Shown in pieces: positions 17,251 to 28,007 of a stretch of 57,329 nt of DNA. Numbering within the stretch: the first letter of the stretch is position 1; each line of letters begins with the position of its first letter. The notes under the pieces are model-generated. The model was not told the origin of the DNA. It was given only the letters and a program-made list of their open reading frames with translations, and did not search any database. The DNA lies in NCBI GenBank assembly GCA_017447305.1, contig JAFSNY010000039.1, positions 1 to 57,329 on the forward strand, given 5' to 3'. This stretch comes from Bacilli bacterium (GTDB lineage Bacteria > Bacillota_I > Bacilli_A > RFN20 > CAG-826). Position numbers and translations under genes: made by a program.

Positions 17251-18528
17251 TTATTCTTGTTTTTTATATGTAGTTTTCACTACTTTTCCTACGAGATTAT
17301 CCTTGTTTTTGAAGGAAATATCTAGATAGTTGGTGGTGTGCCCTCTATTTATAGAGGTTTTTTCGTCATATTCTTCAACGAGAACATCAACTTCATGACC
17401 ATCGAACCTTTCCGTATATGCATCCCATAATGTTTCTGATAAGTCTAACAAAACATTAACTCTTCTTTTTTTGACATCTGGAGCGATTTGATTTGGCATT
17501 CTAATCGCTTTAGTGTTTTCTCTAGCGGAGAATGGGAAAACGTGAAGCATATTGAAATCACATTTTTTAATAAATTCATATGTTTCGTTAAATTCTTCTT
17601 CGCTTTCTCCTGGGAAACCAACAATAACATCTGTGGTCAAGGCAATATCAGGAATCTCTTTTCTTATCTTTCTTAGTGTCGATAAAAATTCGTCACAGTT
17701 ATATTTTCTGTTCATTCTTTGGAGAACACTTTTGGAACCGCTTTGAAGAGGGATATGTAAGTGTTTAGCGATGTTCTTTCTTTCTTTAACAAGAGTGATT
17801 AATCGTTCATCAATTTCTGATTCTTCGATTGAAGAGATACGTAAAGAATACAGTCCTTCTAATGAAGAAAGGTCATCAATTAAATCAGAGAATTTATAAC
17901 CTACTAAATCGTTTCCGTATCCTCCGACATGAATACCGGTAATAACGATTTCTTTATATCCTTTTTCAATGAGATACTTAGCTTCATCGATGATGTTTTT
18001 TGGATCTCTAGAACGAGATTTTCCTCTTGTGAAAGGAATAATACAGTAAGAGCAGAAATTATCACAGCCATCTTGTATCTTTAAATATGCGCGAACATTT
18101 TCGTTATAGGAAGTAATACCAAGTTCTTCATAAGAAAAGAAGCGACTTTTATCTTCAGTTGCGTCTATTTGTTGATGATTTCTATGAAATTCATCAATAT
18201 AGTCGGGAATTAAGTGACGATTTGATGTTCCAACAACGATATCCGCTTTAATGTCATTGATGATAAAATCATGGCTTTTTTGTGAATAGCAGCCCATGAC
18301 ACAGATAATCGCATTTGGATAATTATTTCTTAATTTACGAATATGCTGACGTGATTTTTGATCCGCGGTCGCGGTGACTGAACAGGTGTTAATTATGGCA
18401 ATTCCCACTTCTTCATTTGGGTGGTCTTTTGCTTCTTCATGACCCCTCTTAATTAATAAAGAAGCGAGTGATTGACACTCGTATGAATTAACCTTACATC
18501 CCAAAGAAATAATTTTAAATTTCATCAT
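17251..18528 (-). CDS. mtaB: tRNA t6A37 methylthiotransferase MtaB
   Basis: SLGCKVNSYE, INTCSVT, KIQDGCDNFCSYC, HIPLQSGS and HVFPFS motifs; exact start uncertain (18534, 18528 or 18525). Confidence 0.9.
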   Translation of the reverse strand: MMKFKIISLGCKVNSYECQSLASLLIKRGHEEAKDHPNEEVGIAIINTCSVTATADQKSRQHIRKLRNNYPNAIICVMGCYSQKSHDFIINDIKADIVVGTSNRHLIPDYIDEFHRNHQQIDATEDKSRFFSYEELGITSYNENVRAYLKIQDGCDNFCSYCIIPFTRGKSRSRDPKNIIDEAKYLIEKGYKEIVITGIHVGGYGNDLVGYKFSDLIDDLSSLEGLYSLRISSIEESEIDERLITLVKERKNIAKHLHIPLQSGSKSVLQRMNRKYNCDEFLSTLRKIRKEIPDIALTTDVIVGFPGESEEEFNETYEFIKKCDFNMLHVFPFSARENTKAIRMPNQIAPDVKKRRVNVLLDLSETLWDAYTERFDGHEVDVLVEEYDEKTSINRGHTTNYLDISFKNKDNLVGKVVKTTYKKQE

Positions 18529-19312
18529 CTCCACCAGTCGTCTTTCTTAAAATGGACATCAACTTTCCAGAGATGAATTTATTGTTATGTAATGTCTCAA
18601 TCATCCTTCCGCGGTCGAAGGCAAAATAAGCATCCACTACTTCTGATATTCTTTCTAACATATGGGTCTTTTGTGGATGATGAATGTATTTATCAAATAA
18701 CACTAGTTTTGCGTCTAATCTTCCTTGGTCATTGATGAAATAAATCGTATCAGTGTCATAATGGAAGAAGGCGGCTTCTTTATGATTTGGGCTTTCTTTG
18801 ACTAAGACGAGACGTGTAAATGATGAGTTATATAGTTTATAACCATATGTATCAAACGGATCAATTAATGATTCAGTGAAAGAGGTTCTAATTTTGTTAT
18901 ATGGCTCAAACAAGAATTTCATTGGGTCATTAACGTAGATGTTATTTAGAACTTTAGTGAAGAAAGCGATGAAGATACGATTCTTTCCATCTTGATAAAA
19001 CTCTAAGTCGAGAGTTTTTTCCATGATTGTTTTGCTAAACGCAGCAGGATCGATTTCGTTGGTCTTTTTTTGATATGCTTCTAGAGATGCGATTTCTTTT
19101 TCAAAGACATTCTTATTTAGATAAGAACGGATGATGATATTCGCTCTCATGATATTGAAATCGTTATGGTCAGAATTATATAAGAAAGCAAACCTTGGGA
19201 GTTTATCAAGGATATAACGATATTTCAAAAAGAAAGAATATTCTTCACTTCTTTCAAAGGAAGTCCTCATTTTCTTTTTGCTTTCTAATAGTTGATAAAG
19301 GGTTTGCGACAT
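18515..19312 (-). CDS. hypothetical protein
   Basis: 265-aa ORF tightly packed between rsmE and mtaB; no family recognised. Confidence 0.75.
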   Translation of the reverse strand: MSQTLYQLLESKKKMRTSFERSEEYSFFLKYRYILDKLPRFAFLYNSDHNDFNIMRANIIIRSYLNKNVFEKEIASLEAYQKKTNEIDPAAFSKTIMEKTLDLEFYQDGKNRIFIAFFTKVLNNIYVNDPMKFLFEPYNKIRTSFTESLIDPFDTYGYKLYNSSFTRLVLVKESPNHKEAAFFHYDTDTIYFINDQGRLDAKLVLFDKYIHHPQKTHMLERISEVVDAYFAFDRGRMIETLHNNKFISGKLMSILRKTTGGDDEI

Positions 19313-19314
19313 AA

Positions 19315-20031
19315 TTATCTTTCTAACATAAAGGAGATGACACTTAAAGCATACATCGCGGCGGTCTCGGTTCTCAAGATTCTCTTTCCAAGAGAAATGT
19401 TTTTAAAGTCTTGGGAATGAAGAATTTCTAATTCGCTTTTATCGATTCCACCTTCACTACCAATGAGAACACTGACACTTTCTCCCTCTTTGATTTCATT
19501 TAATAATTCGTATGTTTTTGATGTATTTCCCGCTTCTTCTTCATAAGCAATGAGATTATGATCATTTAATAATTCAGCAGGTATTTTCTTAATAGGAATA
19601 ATTCCGATGATTTCTGGGATGATATTTCGATGAGATTGTTCACTAGCTTCTTTTAATATCTTTTCATAACGGGCTTTTTTACGGCTGAAATCATCATCGT
19701 TCATTTTCACTACACTTCTAAGAGAGGATAATAAGACAATTCTTTTAACTCCTAGCTCAGTAGCTTTTTGGATGACGAATTCATTTTTCTCTCCCTTGCT
19801 TAAGCAATAAAAGAGAGTGATATCGTGCTTTAATTCATTATTTAAGGAAGAGATATCATCTACTACATATGTTAAAGGACGAAGGGATGTGATTCTCATC
19901 TTATAGATTTTTTCATTAAAGATAACTTCAAAAAAATCACCCACCTTATTCCTCATGACATGAGTAATATGGTGAATGTCACCTTCATCTAAAATGATTT
20001 CTTTTCTTGATAAGGAGAAATATCTTTGCAT
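19315..20031 (-). CDS. rsmE: 16S rRNA m3U1498 methyltransferase RsmE
   Basis: HHITHVMR, QKATELGV, EASEQSHR, IGSEGG and LGKRILRTETA motifs. Confidence 0.95.
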   Translation of the reverse strand: MQRYFSLSRKEIILDEGDIHHITHVMRNKVGDFFEVIFNEKIYKMRITSLRPLTYVVDDISSLNNELKHDITLFYCLSKGEKNEFVIQKATELGVKRIVLLSSLRSVVKMNDDDFSRKKARYEKILKEASEQSHRNIIPEIIGIIPIKKIPAELLNDHNLIAYEEEAGNTSKTYELLNEIKEGESVSVLIGSEGGIDKSELEILHSQDFKNISLGKRILRTETAAMYALSVISFMLER

Positions 20032-20483
20032 TATCGAACGAGTTCCCCGTTAGCGTCTTTATAATCATTCATGATTAAATATTTAATTCCAACTGCGATA
20101 TTGGCTAAATAAGCGATGGACAATGGGATAATTAAAGATAATAGTAGCTTATTATCAAGATTAGTGAAAGCAAGGAAGAATAAAATAGAAAAGACACTTC
20201 CGATAAATAAAGCATTAATTAAAAGCCAAATTAAGCCTTTTTTTAAATATCCAAGATAATAAAAAGGGGTTCCAAAAAATGGGAGAAGAATAGAAAGAAG
20301 GAAGACTGTAATCTTCTTTTTAATTTTCACGCCTCTTTTGAGTTCTTTTTCTAAAGAGATATTAGAAGTTATTTCCACGGTTTCACTATTCTCGGTTGAG
20401 ATAGGGTTAGGAAAACCACAGACAGGACATCTATCTTTATCGAATTTTGATATACGGGCGTTACAATTTTTACAAACTGGCAT
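20031..20483 (-). CDS. zinc-ribbon/TM2-like membrane protein
   Basis: CKNC...CPVCG, FYYLGYLKKG, three TM segments, KDANG tail. Confidence 0.7.
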   Translation of the reverse strand: MPVCKNCNARISKFDKDRCPVCGFPNPISTENSETVEITSNISLEKELKRGVKIKKKITVFLLSILLPFFGTPFYYLGYLKKGLIWLLINALFIGSVFSILFFLAFTNLDNKLLLSLIIPLSIAYLANIAVGIKYLIMNDYKDANGELVR

Positions 20484-20583
20484 ACTCTTTCCTACGTGCT
20501 AACTATATTAGCACATAAAAATTATCTTTTGTATGGAAATCGATTATTTTTAGACAGTGTCTAGTCTATTGTTTATAAACTAA

Positions 20584-20606
20584 AAGAGCGGGGATTTCCC
20601 GCTCTT
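20584..20606 (-). terminator. terminator after the GPH transporter
   Basis: AAGAGCGGG...CCCGCTCTT hairpin. Confidence 0.7.
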
Positions 20607-20619
20607 AATTTAAGATTAA

Positions 20620-22347
20620 TTATTCTTCTTTAGGTTTATTTCCTTCTGACGCAGCAGCGCTTGGTTCACCGCCGATCGATTCGAAGGCTAATTTATCAGT
20701 GTCCGCCACTTCTTCTGATTTATGTTTTTCTTCTAGCTTCGCTAAAACTTCTTTAACTTTATCTTCATCAAGTTTATAGCAGAATCTAAGAAGGATGTAT
20801 GAAGCGGCAAAGACGAGAAGAATAACGCCGATAACAATAACGCCAAAGAGGATTAACTGCCATCTTTCAACGGAAATTGCATCATCGACAGTTGCAGGGA
20901 ATCCGTTTCTATATGCGTCTTGTTCCGCTTTGCTTAATGCTGCAAAATCAGCGGAGTTAAGATAAGCGTTATAATCACCTTCCATATTGGAAATAGTGTT
21001 AATGGCAAGCGCGGTTCCAGTTAAGGCGTAGACTAAGTATTGTAATCCTCTATTTAAACCTGAGGCTAATTTAACATCGAGTGGTCTCCAAGCAAAGCAG
21101 ATGGATTCTTTTCTTTCTCCAGTCATGAGTTCTCCGTAGTCAATCGCGTCTTGGAACATAACTAAGACAGCGAGATAGAAGATACCTGAGGCTCCAAAGA
21201 AGAGGAAGGACATGACATAAAGCAATGACATGCTTCCACCAAAGACCCAGAAAATATTGCTACCATCTGGTGTATTCCAAGCAATTGGTTTATCTCCAAA
21301 GACTGGGAAGGCGATTAAGAAGAAGGCAAGATAAGCAACAAAGATGATAATCGCTGAGACGGTCAAGATTTGTTTTCTCTTAAACTTCTTAGCTAGCATT
21401 GGATAGAAGGCTTGCGCTAAGACGGTCGCGAGAACATAGATTGCCGCAATCGCGGTCGCAACCATTCCTCCTTTTCCACCACCATAACCATAAACCATGT
21501 AGAAATAGTTTTGACCAATACCGGTTAAGATAAAGCTACCTAGGTAATATAAACCCATACCTAACGCAGCAAATAATAATTGTTTGTTCTTTTTAATGAC
21601 GCGGAATAAGTCTAAAATCGATGAATGTTCACTGATTTCTTCTTGTTCGAGGTCACGTGATTTTTCTTTACAGTAGATGTAAATGAGAAGCTGTGAAACA
21701 AAGAATAAAGCGGCAACCCCAATAGCGGCCATCATATACACTTGAATTGTTGATCCAAGACCAGCACCTGGAAGGACGAACATCATGATGTTCATGACGA
21801 AGGTACCGATAGAGGCAGCGATAGCTGTATGAGTGGTGAGTTTTGCTCTTTGCTGTGGGTCACTAGTTAACGCTGGAAGCATCGACCAATAACCGATATC
21901 ATTCATTGAGAAGAAGGCATCCCAAAGAATGTACATGATAATCATAAAGACGACATATCCCCAACCTCTTAAACCAGAGAAGATAAACGGCATAAAGAAC
22001 ATTGAGGCAACCACGAGGGCATTTCCAAGAGAACCCCATAAAATCCATGGGCGGAATTTACCGGATTTGAAGTGACATTTTTCCAAAATGAATCCCATTA
22101 ATGGATCGTTAATGCCATCCCAGACAAGAGCGATAATCATCGCGATGGTAATGACACCATATTGGGCTTTGAAGTCACTTGAGTTCGTTGATAAAACACC
22201 TGCGGTAATCGCATACTGCATGAGGAATGTACCAATTAAAGCGTAACATGCATCCCTAAAAATACCCGACCATGGGAAAATTAATCGCGTAGCTTTAGGA
22301 ACAGTGTTACCCTCAAAGGTGTGACTCCTTGAAGAGTTTGTGCTCAT
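20620..22347 (-). CDS. glycoside-pentoside-hexuronide (MelB-like) MFS sugar:cation symporter
   Basis: WDGINDPLMG, GKFRPW, DIGYWSMLPALT, DAIDYGE and GERKES motifs. Confidence 0.9.
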   Translation of the reverse strand: MSTNSSRSHTFEGNTVPKATRLIFPWSGIFRDACYALIGTFLMQYAITAGVLSTNSSDFKAQYGVITIAMIIALVWDGINDPLMGFILEKCHFKSGKFRPWILWGSLGNALVVASMFFMPFIFSGLRGWGYVVFMIIMYILWDAFFSMNDIGYWSMLPALTSDPQQRAKLTTHTAIAASIGTFVMNIMMFVLPGAGLGSTIQVYMMAAIGVAALFFVSQLLIYIYCKEKSRDLEQEEISEHSSILDLFRVIKKNKQLLFAALGMGLYYLGSFILTGIGQNYFYMVYGYGGGKGGMVATAIAAIYVLATVLAQAFYPMLAKKFKRKQILTVSAIIIFVAYLAFFLIAFPVFGDKPIAWNTPDGSNIFWVFGGSMSLLYVMSFLFFGASGIFYLAVLVMFQDAIDYGELMTGERKESICFAWRPLDVKLASGLNRGLQYLVYALTGTALAINTISNMEGDYNAYLNSADFAALSKAEQDAYRNGFPATVDDAISVERWQLILFGVIVIGVILLVFAASYILLRFCYKLDEDKVKEVLAKLEEKHKSEEVADTDKLAFESIGGEPSAAASEGNKPKEE

Positions 22348-22497
22348 TATATATTTCCTCCAAAATTGAAAGCATAGATATATTAATCTAATGAGGTGTT
22401 TTTCTCAATCAATTCATTTTTTTATCTATAAAAAGGTAATTAAAGTCAACAAATCGGGGAAAAGTGTCGAAAAAAAAGAACCGAAGTTCTTCTTTTT

Positions 22498-23013
22498 TTA
22501 TTCATCGCCATCATCAAGTTCGATGTCGTTTAATTTATCCCATCGATGATCAACCTGAGTGGCTTTTCTTTGATAATATTCATCCTCACTGATGACATCA
22601 TATCCTTTGCCACCTTCAGGTAATTTTGCGCCTTTTTTAACGACTTTAGGTGGAACTAGAGCAATAAGGAGAGAAAAGATATATGGGTCTAAAGAGAAGA
22701 TTGGTTTTGGTTCATATATCATTCCCGCTTCTTCATCATCTTCTTCCTTCTCATCGGTGAAGATGAATTCTTCCCCTCCTTTGATGATGTAATCGACATC
22801 TTCAAGAGTGTAACTACAAGGTAAGATGACATTAGATTTGATATTGATGATGATTCGAACATGACCAAAATATAAAGGAGTAACATCTACTTCGGCGTGG
22901 CAGTCCTTAATTTTCCTTATCAAAATAGGATTTAGCGTTTCACTCGAAAAATCTAAATCTTCGGAATAATGATAGGTTTTTCCTTCCTCTAAGATATTGG
23001 TGTTAATTTGCAT
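22498..23013 (-). CDS. YceD/DUF177 family protein
   Basis: LPCSYTLEDV, PPKVV and DHRWDKL motifs. Confidence 0.8.
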   Translation of the reverse strand: MQINTNILEEGKTYHYSEDLDFSSETLNPILIRKIKDCHAEVDVTPLYFGHVRIIINIKSNVILPCSYTLEDVDYIIKGGEEFIFTDEKEEDDEEAGMIYEPKPIFSLDPYIFSLLIALVPPKVVKKGAKLPEGGKGYDVISEDEYYQRKATQVDHRWDKLNDIELDDGDE

Positions 23014-23014
23014 A

Positions 23015-25414
23015 TTATCCTCTTAACGCAGCGTGATAAGTTTTGGATAATTCAAATTTAATCTTTTCTTCCATGTCCGAAACTTCTTTTTCACTTAAGG
23101 TATGGTCATCGCTTCCATATGTAATGGAAACAGCGATGGATTTTTTATTTTCTCCAAGAGCTTCACCTTCGAAGACATCGAAGATTTCCGCTTCTCTTAC
23201 TAAGCCTTTTCCACTTGTCTTAATCGTTTTAACGATATCTTTAGCGAGGACGTCTTTGTCGACAACTAAAGCAAGGTCACGAACAACGACAGGGAATTTG
23301 GAATATCCTTTGGTTTTGATGAGGCTAACTTTTAGGTCAAATAAATCGTTTAATCTCATTTCGAGAAGAACCGCTTTTGTTTTACCTAAATCGTAGTCTT
23401 TATATTTATTTGGATGAAGTTCTCCAAATGATCCAACTTTGACATTTTGGACATAGATGTCCGCACTTCTACCTGGGTGAAGCTCATCAGTGTGACTCTT
23501 AAGGTTATCAATTCTATAACGGGATGCTTCAATTCCTAATAGATCAAAGATTCCTTCTAATAAACCTTTCATATGATAAAAATCATATGGGATAGATTTC
23601 ATCTTTCCCCAAGTATTGTCATTACCAACAAGGAGAATAGCGAGATGCTTTTCATCCTTTTTCTTTGTAACGATATTTGAAATTTCAAATAAAGCGAGGT
23701 CCTTATTTTGACGAGAAACGTTGTATGAGGCAACTTTTAAGAGTGAATGAGCGATATTCTTTCTGAAATATTCATGATCATCAGTTAATGGGTTGATGAG
23801 TTTATAAGATTCATCTTCATTAACTAAAGCGAAGAGATTATCTTCTTTTTCACTGACAAGAGAATATGTTAAGCATTCATCGAGCCCATTATAAAGAAGG
23901 TATTCTTTGATTCTTCTTTCCTTGAGTTGACTATCGGAGAGCGCTCCAACGGTGGTATCAAGGCATGGGAGGATGGATTTAACATGTTCAAATCCTAATA
24001 AACGAATGACTTCTTCACTTAAATCAGCGTCACAGGTGACATCAAGTCTAAAAAGAGGGACTTTCGCAGTGAAGGTATCCCCTTCTCCTTTTTTCACTTC
24101 AAAGCGAAGTCTAGTTAAGGCATCGGAGATTTCTTCGTAGGTGAAGGTTGTGCCAAGTCTCTTATTGATACGAGTAACACTGCTATTGATAATTTGTTCT
24201 TTCTTTTCTTCGCTTTGATAGGTAGCAATGTTAGAGAATTTCTTTCCATCACAAAGTTCTTTGATTAAATCCGCGGTGAATTCTAAGACATCATCAGCTT
24301 GGAAATGATTTGTTCCTTTAACGAATCTTTGCGAAGATTCACTAACTAAACCGAGTCGATTAGAGGTATGTCTTACAGAAGCAGCGTCAAAGGAAGCGGC
24401 TTCGATGACGATGTTTTTACTATTTTCATCGACCGCGCATTCTAAGGAACCCATCACTCCACCTAAACACATCGCTTTACCATCTGAGGTAATGACGATA
24501 TCTCCAGGGATGATTTTATAAGTCTTTTCATCAAGAGCGACAAAGTCGATATCTAAGTCATCTCTAGCGATAAGTTCATTCTTTGGAAGTTTATCAGCGT
24601 CATACATATGGAGAGGTTGACCGGTCATTAACATCACATAGTTACCAATATCAACGATATTGTTAATCGATCTAACTCCCATACTCATTAAGAAGTCTTT
24701 CATCCATTTTGGTGATTCTTTGATGGTGACATTTTTAACTTCTTTCGCGGAGAACTGTGAACATCTAAAGGTATTAGAGCCCACTTTGGTTTCCACTTTC
24801 ATATCTTCGAGTTTTTTAATTTCTAGTTCGTTGACTTTACGATTAAAAATCGCTCCAACTTCTCTAGCAATATTTAATAAAGATAATAAGTCTGGACGAT
24901 TAGCTAAAATCTTAAGATTAAGAATTGAATCATCAAGGTCTAAATATCCTAAAACATCTTCTTCTCCAACTGGAGCATCACTAGGAAGTTCTTCAATTCC
25001 ATCCATTTGTTCTTGTCTAAGATATTTAGAGTCCACTCCTAATTCGAGTAAGGAGCAGCACATTCCATTGGATTCCACTCCACGGATAACGCCTTTTTTG
25101 ATTTCGATTTTTGGAAGGATAGCACCAACACGAGCGACGATGACTTTTAATCCTTTTCTTGCGTTAGGAGCGCCACAAACGATTTGGTTAATTCCGTATT
25201 TATCTCCAAGATTGACATCTAAAACATGGAGATGGTCGCTATCTGGGTGCTTTTCACATTTAACAATCTCACCAATGACAAGATTTGTTCCACTAGCGAG
25301 AGTTTTAACTTCTTCGACTTCGATTCCGGAGAAAGTTAAACGATCCGCTAACATATTAGCGTCAATGTCGTGTAAATCAACTAATTTGGCTAAGTTTTTA
25401 TAACTAACTAACAT
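23015..25414 (-). CDS. pheT: phenylalanine-tRNA ligase beta subunit
   Basis: HPDSDHL, IVCGAPN, GVESNGMCCS, NRPDLLS, DLSEEVIR, LHPGR and RDLA motifs. Confidence 0.97.
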   Translation of the reverse strand: MLVSYKNLAKLVDLHDIDANMLADRLTFSGIEVEEVKTLASGTNLVIGEIVKCEKHPDSDHLHVLDVNLGDKYGINQIVCGAPNARKGLKVIVARVGAILPKIEIKKGVIRGVESNGMCCSLLELGVDSKYLRQEQMDGIEELPSDAPVGEEDVLGYLDLDDSILNLKILANRPDLLSLLNIAREVGAIFNRKVNELEIKKLEDMKVETKVGSNTFRCSQFSAKEVKNVTIKESPKWMKDFLMSMGVRSINNIVDIGNYVMLMTGQPLHMYDADKLPKNELIARDDLDIDFVALDEKTYKIIPGDIVITSDGKAMCLGGVMGSLECAVDENSKNIVIEAASFDAASVRHTSNRLGLVSESSQRFVKGTNHFQADDVLEFTADLIKELCDGKKFSNIATYQSEEKKEQIINSSVTRINKRLGTTFTYEEISDALTRLRFEVKKGEGDTFTAKVPLFRLDVTCDADLSEEVIRLLGFEHVKSILPCLDTTVGALSDSQLKERRIKEYLLYNGLDECLTYSLVSEKEDNLFALVNEDESYKLINPLTDDHEYFRKNIAHSLLKVASYNVSRQNKDLALFEISNIVTKKKDEKHLAILLVGNDNTWGKMKSIPYDFYHMKGLLEGIFDLLGIEASRYRIDNLKSHTDELHPGRSADIYVQNVKVGSFGELHPNKYKDYDLGKTKAVLLEMRLNDLFDLKVSLIKTKGYSKFPVVVRDLALVVDKDVLAKDIVKTIKTSGKGLVREAEIFDVFEGEALGENKKSIAVSITYGSDDHTLSEKEVSDMEEKIKFELSKTYHAALRG

Positions 25415-25432
25415 TGTTTTCTTCCTCCTTTA

Positions 25433-26470
25433 TTATGCTTTCTTTATGAACTGATGAAGGAAACGAATATCATCAGTGTAGAATTTACGAATATCATCAA
25501 TGCCATATCTAAGCATGGCGACACGTTCAATACCAATGCCAAAGGCAAAGCCGGAATAGACTTCAGGGTCATATCCATTCATCTTTAAAACATTAGGGTG
25601 GACCATTCCACCACCGAGAATTTCAATATATCCGGTTCCTTTGCAGACTGGGCAGCCTTTACCTCCACAGGAAGCACAGGTGATATCAACTTCAACACTT
25701 GGTTCAGTGAATGGGAAATATGATGGTCTCAATCTAATTTCACGTTTTTCACCAAACATCTTTTTAGCAAAGAGTTCTAAGGTCGCTTTTAAGTGACCGA
25801 TATTAATATCTTTATCGATTAATAACCCTTCAATTTGAGCGAATTGATGGGAGTGTGTAGCGTCATCATCATCACGACGATATGTTTTACCAGGACAAAT
25901 AATTTTGACTGGTTTTCCCGCTTTCTTTTCCATCGTTCTTGCTTGAACTGGAGAGGTGTGGGTTCTTAAAAGAAGATTTTCTGTGATATAGAAAGTGTCT
26001 TGCATATCTCTTGCAGGGTGATCTTTTGGAAGATTTAAAAGTTCGAAGTTATAGTGATCAAGTTCCACTTCTGGACCATCCGCGACTTCATATCCCATTC
26101 CTAAGAAGATATCAACGATTTCATCTTTAACGACATGGAATGGATTTTTCGCTCCAACATTAAACTCTCTTGCAGGAAGAGAAATATCGATGGATTCTTT
26201 TTTGAGTTTAAGTTCAAGTTCTTTCTTTTGAAACTCTTTCATCTTTTCATCTAAACGTTCGGTGATTCTTTGCTTAACAGCGTTAATCTTCGCACCAAAT
26301 TCTTTTCTTTGATCCGCAACCATGCTTCCAAGAGTGCTCATCAAAGACATAAGAAACGATTTTTTTGATAAATACTTGTTACGGATTTCGTTTAATTGCT
26401 CACTATTTTCCGCTTTAGAAATCTCTTCTTCCGCTTCTCTAGCGATGACATCAAGTTTTTCATTTTCCAT
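25433..26470 (-). CDS. pheS: phenylalanine-tRNA ligase alpha subunit
   Basis: [27 protein letters not shown] and [10 protein letters not shown] motifs; ATG at 26470 follows RBS gaggtga. Confidence 0.97.
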   Translation of the reverse strand: MENEKLDVIAREAEEEISKAENSEQLNEIRNKYLSKKSFLMSLMSTLGSMVADQRKEFGAKINAVKQRITERLDEKMKEFQKKELELKLKKESIDISLPAREFNVGAKNPFHVVKDEIVDIFLGMGYEVADGPEVELDHYNFELLNLPKDHPARDMQDTFYITENLLLRTHTSPVQARTMEKKAGKPVKIICPGKTYRRDDDDATHSHQFAQIEGLLIDKDINIGHLKATLELFAKKMFGEKREIRLRPSYFPFTEPSVEVDITCASCGGKGCPVCKGTGYIEILGGGMVHPNVLKMNGYDPEVYSGFAFGIGIERVAMLRYGIDDIRKFYTDDIRFLHQFIKKA

Positions 26471-26579
26471 AGGGGTCACCTCTTTAATGCGCTGTTAATT
26501 TTATCATTCCTTGATTTTTTAATCAATGTAATGATATGACTTCCTCATACTCGATAATGAAAAAAGAGACTTTCAAGCC

Positions 26580-27311
26580 TCATTTTTCAAAGTGTTGATT
26601 AAGCACATACATCATTATTGCTCCCGCTTGAGCGACATTTAAGGAGTCAATTCCTGAGATTGGTATTTTGACTTTTATTGTAGCGATATCGAGTGTATCT
26701 TCACTCACTCCATGGGCCTCGTTGCCAAGCACTAAGATGAATGGTTTAGTAGGGTAACAATCATCAATATCAATTGAATCATCAGAAAGAGTCGAAACAA
26801 TGATTTCTCTATTTCCCAAGAATTCAGAAAGAGGGAGATGATGAATTGGCATTTTAAAGAGCGAGCCTTTAGAAGCAGCAATAGCTTTATCATTAAATGG
26901 ATCACACGAATTATCACTTAAAAAGATAGCGTCATATCCTAATGCAAGGGCGGTACGTATCGAAGTTCCTAAGTTTCCTGGATCTTGGATATTTTCTAAA
27001 TAGAGATATTTATCGTGCTTTTTAATTTCAATATTTGGCATTTTACTTATGAAGACGATGCCTTCAGGATTAACGTTTAAAGAGATTTTGTTTAGAAGGT
27101 CCTCGTTAATGATATATTGCATGATATCGTTAGGAAGTTTTAAGGTTTTTGTGGTGTAAACCTCAACGAGGAGTCCGCTTTCCTTAGCCATCTCCATAGC
27201 CTTTCTTCCTTCGCTGACAAAAAGGCCTTCTTCTTTACGTATTCTTTTATTACGTAAAGCGATGACGTGTTTAATCTTATCGTTTTGACGGGAAGAAAGA
27301 TGAATAATCAT
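26580..27311 (-). CDS. TrmH/SpoU family RNA methyltransferase
   Basis: IQDPGNLGT, GNEAHG and SLNVA motifs; upstream of pheS. Confidence 0.9.
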   Translation of the reverse strand: MIIHLSSRQNDKIKHVIALRNKRIRKEEGLFVSEGRKAMEMAKESGLLVEVYTTKTLKLPNDIMQYIINEDLLNKISLNVNPEGIVFISKMPNIEIKKHDKYLYLENIQDPGNLGTSIRTALALGYDAIFLSDNSCDPFNDKAIAASKGSLFKMPIHHLPLSEFLGNREIIVSTLSDDSIDIDDCYPTKPFILVLGNEAHGVSEDTLDIATIKVKIPISGIDSLNVAQAGAIMMYVLNQHFEK

Positions 27312-27949
27312 TTAAAAATCCTCTTTTTTAATTTTACATTATCCTTTTTATAATTCGGACAATATTTATAGACAACGGAATAAAAATTCTTTGAATGGTC
27401 AAAAAAGAAATGATGAGCGAGTTCATGAACGATTAAAGAATCGAGAATATCTCTTGAATAAGAATATAGGTGATTTGCGTAAGATATTGTATGTGTTTGT
27501 TTGGAATTGCTTCCAAATCTCGATTTCATCTTTTTAATCTTCACTTTATAAGATGGAACGATTGACATTAAGCTTTCATAATATCTTGTTCTCTCTATCA
27601 TATAATCGGAATAAATCCATATTAATTTATCAATTAAATCTTCTCTTGAAACAAAGGTCATCTTTTCTCCAGAAGAAAAAGTTGCGACATCCCCTTCTAT
27701 TTTTACTTCATCCCCAAAAAGGAAGAGTCTTTTATCGTTCTCTAAAGACTTATTAAGATTATCTCTTTCAATTAACTTTTTAGCGAATTTATCTAATCCT
27801 TCTTTGATTCTTTTTTGAGTGACCATATAAGGCGCGTTTACAAAGAAAACTCCATCTTTTAATCGATAAGAGATAGACTTCTTCATTTTATATGTCACTT
27901 CAACAGGATATTCCTTGTTGTTATAAATATAGATAAATGATTTTTTCAT
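27308..27949 (-). CDS. YgjP/DUF45-like zinc metalloprotein
   Basis: MKSRFGS, VHELAH and HSKNFY motifs. Confidence 0.85.
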   Translation of the reverse strand: MKKSFIYIYNNKEYPVEVTYKMKKSISYRLKDGVFFVNAPYMVTQKRIKEGLDKFAKKLIERDNLNKSLENDKRLFLFGDEVKIEGDVATFSSGEKMTFVSREDLIDKLIWIYSDYMIERTRYYESLMSIVPSYKVKIKKMKSRFGSNSKQTHTISYANHLYSYSRDILDSLIVHELAHHFFFDHSKNFYSVVYKYCPNYKKDNVKLKKRIFK

Positions 27950-28007
27950 AACGAAATTATACCTTGATATGGCTACTTAGAAAATATATAATTTTCTCGG
28001 AAATTCT

